Shown here: piece after piece, positions 57,841 to 64,000 of the stretch
How the letters are laid out: every line of letters starts with the position of its first letter
Position numbering within the stretch: position 1 is the first letter of the stretch
Virus record (IMG/VR): IMGVR_UViG_3300030202_001434
Span: 1,233-65,232 of that record
Reading direction: 5' to 3' (one strand)
Length of the DNA stretch: 64,000 bases
From: a virus
Taxonomy: Duplodnaviria > Caudoviricetes
Program-made: the position numbers and the translations under genes
The notes under the pieces: model-generated
Database searches by the model: none
Told to the model about the DNA's origin: nothing
What the model saw: the letters and a program-made list of their open reading frames with translations, nothing else

Positions 57841-57990
57841 TTATTTTTTTCCGTAGTTAGGATCTTTACAATATTTACTTGCCGCCATATTAGCGTAAGC
57901 AGATGGGTATTTATCAAATGTTCTTTTTGCCCAGGCTATTCCTGCTGAACATATTTTGTTTCCCTTTTTTTTAGTTCTTCCTTTTGCCAT
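57841..57990 (-). CDS. basic micro-protein (49 aa, not in ORF track)
   Basis: MAKGRTKKKGNKICSAGIAWAKRTFDKYPSAYANMAASKYCKDPNYGKK*. Confidence 0.7.
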   Translation of the reverse strand: MAKGRTKKKGNKICSAGIAWAKRTFDKYPSAYANMAASKYCKDPNYGKK

Positions 57991-57995
57991 ATTAA

Positions 57996-58343
57996 TTAAT
58001 TTGAAGTTGCTCTTCGGCGACTTGATTCTAACATTATTACATTTATTCTGTTCTGTATTTCTTCTAAAGGTACTTCAATTTTAAAACTTAGTCCAGCTTT
58101 CCATTGTCCTCTAGGTTTGCCGTTTTTATCTAATAATAAGATAATAGGAACCGATGTAATTTGAGCTCGTAATGAAGGAGCTTGATCTTCTAAAAGTGCA
58201 TATTTAATTTTACAATTTTTAATTCCTCTTAGATTGTAATTATTATTTTGATTCCATTTTGCATTAACATGCATCAAGGTTAAATCTTGTGCGCTGATAA
58301 AAAATACAGATAACAGAAAAAAAATTGATATTATTTTTTTCAT
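57996..58343 (-). CDS. secreted thioredoxin-like protein lacking CXXC
   Basis: Signal peptide ending SA-Q; NAKWNQNN in place of WCxxC; ITSVPIILLLDKNG. Confidence 0.5.
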   Translation of the reverse strand: MKKIISIFFLLSVFFISAQDLTLMHVNAKWNQNNNYNLRGIKNCKIKYALLEDQAPSLRAQITSVPIILLLDKNGKPRGQWKAGLSFKIEVPLEEIQNRINVIMLESSRRRATSN

Positions 58344-58648
58344 CTTTTAAATACTTTATTTTCTAAATCTCTTATTGCGTCTTTGTTTTCTTCAATATCA
58401 TCTTTCAACTCTTTTGTAGCATTGTCAATTTGAATAACATTATTTCTAATTAATTCGTCTTTAAGCTGAAATTCCATCTTCTGAACAAATTCATCTCCGC
58501 TAAAATTATCAATCTTGTTATGCAAGTCTTGCATATCTTCTTGTAGGGAGAACCACATACCGGCTAATGATATAGTTCCAGCTACAATCATTCCGATAGT
58601 TTTTAAATCTAGTTGTACGTTTGTGTCTTCTGATATTTTAGTTGCCAT
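58340..58648 (-). CDS. membrane-anchored coiled-coil protein
   Basis: ORF-track 58340..58714; start moved to MATKISED; one TM helix then coiled coil. Confidence 0.6.
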   Translation of the reverse strand: MATKISEDTNVQLDLKTIGMIVAGTISLAGMWFSLQEDMQDLHNKIDNFSGDEFVQKMEFQLKDELIRNNVIQIDNATKELKDDIEENKDAIRDLENKVFKR

Positions 58649-58652
58649 GTTT

Positions 58653-58781
58653 TTATCTTTTACGTCCTTGTCCTCTATACTTCGCTTTATATCCGCTTTG
58701 ACCTTTAGATGCATTCTTAGAGTGTACTCCAGGTCTTTTTTTAGAATGTGAAATATACTTTGAGGTAATTATTTTAGCCAT
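58653..58781 (-). CDS. basic micro-protein (42 aa, not in ORF track)
   Basis: MAKIITSKYISHSKKRPGVHSKNASKGQSGYKAKYRGQGRKR*. Confidence 0.7.
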   Translation of the reverse strand: MAKIITSKYISHSKKRPGVHSKNASKGQSGYKAKYRGQGRKR

Positions 58782-58888
58782 TAATATTTTTTTGACTTAA
58801 CTTTTTTACCTGTTTTTTTAGCATAGCTTTTAGCTGCTGCTTTTCCTTTTTTAGTGTAACTAAATTTTTTGTTTCCTACTTTAGGCAT
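58781..58888 (-). CDS. basic micro-protein (35 aa, not in ORF track)
   Basis: MPKVGNKKFSYTKKGKAAAKSYAKKTGKKVKSKKY*; TAATG coupling. Confidence 0.7.
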   Translation of the reverse strand: MPKVGNKKFSYTKKGKAAAKSYAKKTGKKVKSKKY

Positions 58889-58904
58889 AATTTATTATTT
58901 TTAA

Positions 58905-58912
58905 CAAATATA
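58905..58912 (-). promoter_or_regulatory. Bacteroidota -7 promoter element TATATTTG
   Basis: Heads the basic micro-protein cluster. Confidence 0.55.
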
Positions 58913-58925
58913 CAAATTTCTTAAA

Positions 58926-59408
58926 ATGAAATCTAAAGGTGTTTACCAGAGAAAACCTACTACTAGAATCAAGCCAACTCACGATTATTTAAAATATTGG
59001 AGAGTGATAAGATATTGGGTTAAGGCTAAATATGGGCTATCAACTCCAGATCTTGAAATGTTGTTGTTTCTTTACAGCGAACAAATGTTTAACAAAACAC
59101 AATTTACTAAATATGAAGAGTTGATGAGCTGGGATGTTAAACGTTTTGGTAGATTATTGAAAGATGATTGGATACATGTCTGGCGTAAAAGAAAAGGAAA
59201 TGAAACAACGCTATATGAGTTAACATACAAAGCTAAACGTATAGTGACTATGATTTATAAAAAATTAAATGGTGAGGAGATTGCAGAAACTGCACACGCT
59301 AATCCGTTATTCCGCCATGATGCTTCTTACATGGATAAGGTGTACCGTCAAAGTATTGTCGATATGAACGATTTTATAAAACAACAACGACATCTCTCTC
59401 AAGAATAA
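58926..59408 (+). CDS. winged-helix (MarR-like) DNA-binding protein, putative
   Basis: YGLSTPDLEMLLFLY...LLKDDWIHVWRKR...LYELTYKAKR. Confidence 0.6.
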   Translation: MKSKGVYQRKPTTRIKPTHDYLKYWRVIRYWVKAKYGLSTPDLEMLLFLYSEQMFNKTQFTKYEELMSWDVKRFGRLLKDDWIHVWRKRKGNETTLYELTYKAKRIVTMIYKKLNGEEIAETAHANPLFRHDASYMDKVYRQSIVDMNDFIKQQRHLSQE

Positions 59409-59631
59409 TAGTATAGGGAATATCGTGAATTAACATACTATGCCCAGCGTTTTTGTCGTAGTAAATTAAATCACCTTCACTAATTACAGTAACATCGCTA
59501 CCAGTTTTTACTACTTCACCTTTACGATATCTAAATTCATCTACGTCTGACGCTGATAATAACAGACCTGACTCAGTCTTATGTTCTTCTTCTATTTTGT
59601 TTATGATAATATATTTTCCGATTGGCTTCAT
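59374..59631 (-). CDS. groES: co-chaperonin GroES
   Basis: MKPIGKYIII...TESGLLL...GEVVKTGSDV..ISEGDLIYY...ERDVVVVL. Confidence 0.85.
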   Translation of the reverse strand: MKPIGKYIIINKIEEEHKTESGLLLSASDVDEFRYRKGEVVKTGSDVTVISEGDLIYYDKNAGHSMLIHDIPYTIILERDVVVVL

Positions 59632-59822
59632 TAGTATTGTTGTAGTTTAGGTACTCGATTATACGTTATGTTTGGCTTTTGACGTTGTTCTAAATTCCAT
59701 TTAGTTATGAAATGTCCTTCCAAATCAATTATTGTGTAGCCTTGTGAGGCTAATATCTTAATAGCTTTTATTTGTTCCTGGACTTTGTCCGGAATATTGT
59801 TGGAATCAAACAGCTCTGGCAT
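59631..59822 (-). CDS. hypothetical protein
   Basis: Coupled between groEL and groES. Confidence 0.55.
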   Translation of the reverse strand: MPELFDSNNIPDKVQEQIKAIKILASQGYTIIDLEGHFITKWNLEQRQKPNITYNRVPKLQQY

Positions 59823-61401
59823 GTGTTACTATAGCATTAGTGGATAATATAGTAGTTGCAACAGATACTGCATTTTTCAGCGCATTCTTTGTAACTTTCA
59901 GTGGATCTATTACGCCCATCTTGTACATATCGCCTATCACCTCGTTCTTTACATCGTATCCTACGTTAGTATCGTTTAAGTTTATAAGCTTTATTATTTG
60001 TTCTGGATCTTTACCAGAGTTTATTATAATTTGTTTAAGTGGAACCTGGATTGCATCTAGTAATATCTCCAATGCTACTTCTTGGTTGGCTGTTTTAGTC
60101 TCTTTGTTGAATTTATCAGTAGCCATAAATAGAGCTAGTCCCCCTCCGCTGACTATGCCTTCTTGTAAGGCACTGCGCACAGCGCATACCGAGTCATCGA
60201 CTCGGTCAAATTTTTCTTTTTGTTCAACATCACTGTTAGCACCAACGTAAATACACCCAATTGCACCAGCTAAACTTGCAATACGTTCGTTGATGAAGTC
60301 TTTGTCTGCTTTGAATGCTGTATTCTCTTGCTGTTCCTTCAGTTCATTGATACGATCCTTAGTAGCTTGGTTGATCTCAGTCTCATTTTTAATTAATACA
60401 CTAGAATTCTTACCGACTATGATCTTATCTACATGGCCTAAATCTTCTAATCCTATCAAACTGATGTCATCACCTGTCTTTTCAGAAAAATACTTAGCGT
60501 TTACTGCAAATGCTATGTCCTGCATCAGCTCATGACTCTTGTATCCGAACTGTGGTGGTGTAATATTACACAGCTTCAAGTTATTTCTCACAACATTTGC
60601 TGCAAGTGTGTTGATTACATTGGTTGCACAAGGTGCAATGATCAATAGTTTCTTGTTTTGCTGGATAATTGGTTTAAGTACATTCTCAATTTGCAAGATA
60701 TTGTTAATCTCTTGATCACATACTAGCACCATAACGTCTTCAAGTATACACTCGTCCTTACGTTGGTTGTTTAAAAATAGATTTGATGTGTATCCACGAT
60801 CAACTTTGATCCCGTTAGTCACCTCAGCATAGGTTTCGTGGTTCATACTCTTCTCAACTGTAACAATTCCGTTAACCCCAACCTTGTTGTACGCTTCAGC
60901 TATAATGGATCCGATCTCTTTGTCGTTGTTTGCTGAGATTGTAGCAACGTCAAGTAGCCTGGACTTAGTAATCTTCTTAGATCCCTTTTCTAAAATGGCA
61001 GCTAACTGCTCACTGTACTTGTTAATGTGTTTAATAACCTCAGTGACGTTATGCTCTTTCTTTAAATGCTTCTGACCTGCATTAACAATAGCTTCTGTTA
61101 GCACAATAGCTGTAGTTGTACCATCACCCGCAGACTGAGCGGTACGGCTTGCCGCATCTTTCATCATTTGGATAGCTAAGTTTTCAATAGGATCGTCTAA
61201 GAAAACTGAATTAGCTACAGTCACTCCATCTTTAGTTACTGTAATGCCGGCGAGATGATCAGGAGACTCAATCAATACTGTACGGCCTCTAGGGCCTAAG
61301 GTGCTTTTAACTGCTTTTGAAATTTTAGTTATTCCGGAAATAAGTTTTGAGCGACCTTCGTTATCAAACGTTAAGTCTTTTGGGATATATGATTGTTTCA
61401 T
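59806..61401 (-). CDS. groEL: chaperonin GroEL
   Basis: TLGPRGR, TKDGVTVA, AGDGTTTA, GIVSGGG, GVIDPLKV. Confidence 0.95.
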   Translation of the reverse strand: MKQSYIPKDLTFDNEGRSKLISGITKISKAVKSTLGPRGRTVLIESPDHLAGITVTKDGVTVANSVFLDDPIENLAIQMMKDAASRTAQSAGDGTTTAIVLTEAIVNAGQKHLKKEHNVTEVIKHINKYSEQLAAILEKGSKKITKSRLLDVATISANNDKEIGSIIAEAYNKVGVNGIVTVEKSMNHETYAEVTNGIKVDRGYTSNLFLNNQRKDECILEDVMVLVCDQEINNILQIENVLKPIIQQNKKLLIIAPCATNVINTLAANVVRNNLKLCNITPPQFGYKSHELMQDIAFAVNAKYFSEKTGDDISLIGLEDLGHVDKIIVGKNSSVLIKNETEINQATKDRINELKEQQENTAFKADKDFINERIASLAGAIGCIYVGANSDVEQKEKFDRVDDSVCAVRSALQEGIVSGGGLALFMATDKFNKETKTANQEVALEILLDAIQVPLKQIIINSGKDPEQIIKLINLNDTNVGYDVKNEVIGDMYKMGVIDPLKVTKNALKNAVSVATTILSTNAIVTHARAV

Positions 61402-61422
61402 TAAATTGAATTTGATTTAAAA

Positions 61423-61430
61423 CAAATATA
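61423..61430 (-). promoter_or_regulatory. Bacteroidota -7 promoter element TATATTTG
   Basis: Upstream of groEL. Confidence 0.6.
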
Positions 61431-61464
61431 GTAATTATTTGCATAAATATATAGCATAAGTTTT

Positions 61465-61752
61465 TACGTCGCATTGTCGTATTGCTAAGTGCATATTGGA
61501 ATATATATTTTTTTTTATTTTTTTTATTTTTTACTATAGTATAATAGTACTTTAAATCGACGAAAACGACGTTTTAATATATTATAGTAGTTATTTAATT
61601 GATTATCAATACTTTAACTTACGTCGACTTTTACGTCGACTTTTTTTTAATACGACAACTCTCGACGTTTTAGTAGTCAATTTAGGGTTGCCTAAAAAAA
61701 TATACTATGCATGCATAATAAATTGTAAAATATTGTATTTTAAAATCGTCGT
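61465..61752. repeat. AT-rich non-coding region with CGAC/GTCG repeats and tandem TTACGTCGACTT (candidate origin)
   Basis: TTACGTCGACTT at 61619-61630 and 61631-61642; about 9 CGAC/GTCG sites. Confidence 0.5.
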
Positions 61753-61782
61753 AAAAAAAAGAGCTCAATTAAGAGCCCTTTT
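61753..61782 (-). terminator. intrinsic terminator
   Basis: GGGCTC-TTAATT-GAGCTC followed by T8 on the - strand. Confidence 0.7.
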
Positions 61783-61817
61783 CCAATCAACAATCAAAAT
61801 AGAACGAATCTATGCGG

Positions 61818-62018
61818 TTAGTATTTTAGTTGCTTTAGTATACCCTTGCGACCTTCTGCAATTTGTATACCTTCAGCTATCCTATTTATTTTTCTGTCAT
61901 TGTCTACAGCTCTTTTCATAGAAGCTGCTCTTTGAATTCCAGTCATTCCATCAGGACGATCATTGATTAGTCTACCATCCTTGATGTATAGACCGTCTAC
62001 GAAATTATCTTTTGCCAT
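61818..62018 (-). CDS. hypothetical protein, first gene of the - strand arm
   Basis: ORF track; TATATTTA promoter-like variant upstream and terminator downstream. Confidence 0.7.
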   Translation of the reverse strand: MAKDNFVDGLYIKDGRLINDRPDGMTGIQRAASMKRAVDNDRKINRIAEGIQIAEGRKGILKQLKY

Positions 62019-62140
62019 AGCTTTTTTATTTACTGTAAATATAGTGAAAATATTTTTGAGATATCAGATACATAGAGGTTGAGGGTTATATATACTTCTG
62101 AGCAACACACCCCCCAAAATAAAAACGGATTTTTTTTCGA

Positions 62141-62298
62141 CCCCGTTTAAACATCTTCATTTTTTTGTCTGATTTTTTTAGCTTTTTGGTTTAGGGTACC
62201 CGCGCACCCATGCGCACCCCCTACCGCGCCCCGTTTAAACGTTCCCCTTACCCCGTTTTACGCGCCTGTACACCTTCCCCCGTTTACCTTCCCCCGTT
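62141..62298. repeat. C-rich region with CCCCGTT repeats between the divergent arms
   Basis: CCCCGTT at 62141, 62229, 62251, 62278, 62292; GCGCACCC twice. Confidence 0.6.
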
Positions 62299-62513
62299 CT
62301 TTACACGCTCAGAGGTAAAGAGTAAAGCCACCCCGACCCGATCAGATCACAAACAAAACACCCCCAAAGAATTACAGATAAACAACAGGTTAACAGAGAA
62401 TTAAACATATTGTTAAGCCTGTAACAAGTACCAAACAAAAAAATTTTCCTCTGTTGGAGTGCGTTTAAACATAAATTAATTAAGAATTTGTTTTGAATTT
62501 GTCATTAATTAAT

Positions 62514-62521
62514 TACATTTG
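62514..62521 (+). promoter_or_regulatory. early promoter, -7 element TACATTTG
   Basis: TAnnTTTG with TTTG boxes upstream, ahead of the first + strand gene. Confidence 0.65.
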
Positions 62522-62544
62522 TATAAATATTTAAAAAAATAACT

Positions 62545-62751
62545 ATGAAAAAATTTACTATTATTTACTTAACATTTACGACATTTTTTATAGTGTTGGC
62601 GGTGTTCAAAATGATTTTAAGCATTGCGACAGAAATAGAGACTTTATCGCATGCGCTTTTATTCGCGCTTTTCTTCGCATTTATCTTGCTTAGTACGTTT
62701 GTACTTTGTAAGCTAGTTTTTAACCTAATTAACGAAACTTTTAACAAATAA
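62545..62751 (+). CDS. small two-TM membrane protein
   Basis: Two hydrophobic helices; first gene of the early arm. Confidence 0.6.
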   Translation: MKKFTIIYLTFTTFFIVLAVFKMILSIATEIETLSHALLFALFFAFILLSTFVLCKLVFNLINETFNK

Positions 62752-62753
62752 TT

Positions 62754-63353
62754 ATGACAAACACACAAACAAACCGCGAAACATGGCTACACCTTGCAAA
62801 AGTGGAGCTACAAAAAGACATTTTCACCCCTGCAAAATTAACCATTCCTTCAGATGTTCAAATTTCTGTTGGATTTATGCACGGCGGAAGAGGTAAACAA
62901 AAAAGCGTTTTAGGGCAAAATTTCGCCCGTTTCACTAGTGAAGGAAACGTTAACAATATTATCATCAACCCCTCTTTACACGGACGCGCTAACACGCTGG
63001 ATGTTTTAGAAACTTTGGCTCATGAATTAATTCACGCCATTGACGACAACAAGAGCGGACACGGGAAAGAATTCCGACGCATGGCGCTTTCAATCGGTTT
63101 TATGTCACCCATGAGGACGACCCCCGCAAGTGAAGAGTTGAAACAAAACCTAAATAAGATCATTGAGAAAATTGGTGAGTTTCCACACGATAAAATGGAC
63201 GTATCGAATATTAAAAAACAGGGGACAAGAAATAAAAAAGTTTCTTGCCTGTGTTGTGATTTTAGTTTCAGAACGTCGCAAAAGAATATTGACAAAATGG
63301 TTGTATTAGACTGCCCCGCCTGTGAAACTGAAGACGCGCTGACAATAGTATAA
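62754..63353 (+). CDS. SprT-like zinc metalloprotease domain protein
   Basis: LAHELIHA, GHGKEFRRMA, C-terminal CxxC...CxxC zinc ribbon. Confidence 0.75.
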   Translation: MTNTQTNRETWLHLAKVELQKDIFTPAKLTIPSDVQISVGFMHGGRGKQKSVLGQNFARFTSEGNVNNIIINPSLHGRANTLDVLETLAHELIHAIDDNKSGHGKEFRRMALSIGFMSPMRTTPASEELKQNLNKIIEKIGEFPHDKMDVSNIKKQGTRNKKVSCLCCDFSFRTSQKNIDKMVVLDCPACETEDALTIV

Positions 63354-63369
63354 AGCGCGTTTAAACGCC

Positions 63370-63409
63370 CCGACACCCCGCCTAGAAATAGCGCGGGGCT
63401 TTGGTGGTA
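63370..63409 (+). other. GAAA-tetraloop hairpin ending in TTTGGTGGTA (copy 2)
   Basis: CCGA-CA-CCCCGC-CTA-GAAA-TAG-C-GCGGGG-C-TTTGG-TGGTA. Confidence 0.6.
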
Positions 63410-63446
63410 AAGGGTAATAATGCCCGTAAAATTTAAATTTATAAAC

Positions 63447-63890
63447 ATGAAAACAATTTTAAACAAACAGCAAAGGGTTGATTTCCTTGAACAAAACTGG
63501 AAATTCAAAACTTTATTTTTCAAGTGGACTACATCCAAAGCGCGTGAAACTTACGGCTACAATATTTGTAGCTTAAAAGATTCTCGAAACAATAAACTTG
63601 CTTCGACCTGTGGCGGTGGTTATGATATGAAAGGCACCTGTTTAGGGGACTTTATAAACACTTATTTTTATGATGAGATCAGAAAATTAAATTCCGCGGA
63701 CTTTTACGGCTTGACGCATTACGGCAAAAACTACAGGCGTTTGAGACGCGCTTCTAAATATGGCAAAAGTTATGTTGATGGGGGTTGCGGGTTCTCTTCT
63801 ATGGAAAAGATTTTAAACAAAATCGGTTTCAAAATATCTTTTATAAAAGAGTCTACAAACGAAATCATTTACACATTAAGCGCAAACTAA
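63447..63890 (+). CDS. hypothetical early protein
   Basis: ORF-track 63420..63890; start moved to MKTILNK; CGGGYDMKGT motif. Confidence 0.65.
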   Translation: MKTILNKQQRVDFLEQNWKFKTLFFKWTTSKARETYGYNICSLKDSRNNKLASTCGGGYDMKGTCLGDFINTYFYDEIRKLNSADFYGLTHYGKNYRRLRRASKYGKSYVDGGCGFSSMEKILNKIGFKISFIKESTNEIIYTLSAN

Positions 63891-63902
63891 ATAAATAAAA
63901 CC

Positions 63903-64000
63903 ATGAGCAACAAAGCGAAATTTTTTCACAACATAGAGAAGGCAAAAAGACAACGTTTAAACGATGTTAAAAAGACAAATCATTTAGAGCTGTCAAAATT
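63903..64000 (+). CDS. hypothetical protein, 3'-truncated
   Basis: MSNKAKFFHNIEKAKRQRLNDVKKTNHLELSK runs off the window. Confidence 0.5.
   Translation, partial: MSNKAKFFHNIEKAKRQRLNDVKKTNHLELSK

Noticed and set aside
61688-61921. 77-aa + strand ORF
   Set aside because: TTG start; overlaps a terminator and a better - strand gene.
61465-62300. CRISPR or mini-array
   Set aside because: Repeats are 4-12 bp and irregularly spaced, with no repeat-spacer periodicity.
62210-62404. 64-aa Pro/Arg-rich ORF
   Set aside because: Simply a translation of the C-rich repeat island, upstream of the early promoter.
3390-63538. Many antisense or alternate-frame ORFs in the track (e.g. 3390..3647, 4295..4555, 17879..18202, 27744..28073, 59840..60250, 63032..63538)
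   Set aside because: Shadows of well-supported genes, with no initiation context or recognisable motifs.
1-64000. Stop-codon reassignment, tRNA genes, integrase/att sites
   Set aside because: Core genes are intact in code 11 and TAG/TGA act as stops; no tRNA cloverleaf or recombinase recognised by eye.

Overview
This window is most of the genome of an AT-rich, apparently lytic dsDNA tailed phage with podovirus-like gene content. The host is most likely a Bacteroidota (Flavobacteria-like) bacterium, inferred from TAnnTTTG promoter elements, SD-less A-rich start contexts and a BT4734/VirE-N-type primase-helicase. Layout: (1) a + strand early/replication arm (62.5-64 kb and 1-10 kb) with many small ORFs, a Sak-like annealing protein, a PD-(D/E)XK exonuclease, primase-helicase, SF2 helicase, VRR-NUC and a metallophosphoesterase; (2) a - strand late arm (62.0 to 10.0 kb) with GroEL/GroES, a cluster of very basic micro-proteins, lysis genes, three S74-chaperone tail fibres, terminase, portal, scaffold, major capsid, tail ring/nozzle proteins, a Cys-rich modular cassette and three ejection proteins. 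No integrase, DNA/RNA polymerase, tRNA or CRISPR array was seen. Main unexplained signals, all read and counted by eye: a palindrome (C)GTTTAAAC(G) concentrated in the early arm, even inside CDSs; a slippery site plus pseudoknot predicting a -1 frameshift that splits primase from helicase; a similar site and a nested 51-aa basic gene inside the giant ejection protein gene; a tail nozzle gene apparently split by shuffled Cys-rich modules; a 28-aa CDGSH micro-protein; and a repeated GAAA-hairpin + TTTGGTGGTA element. Product calls come from motif recognition only; no database searches were run.
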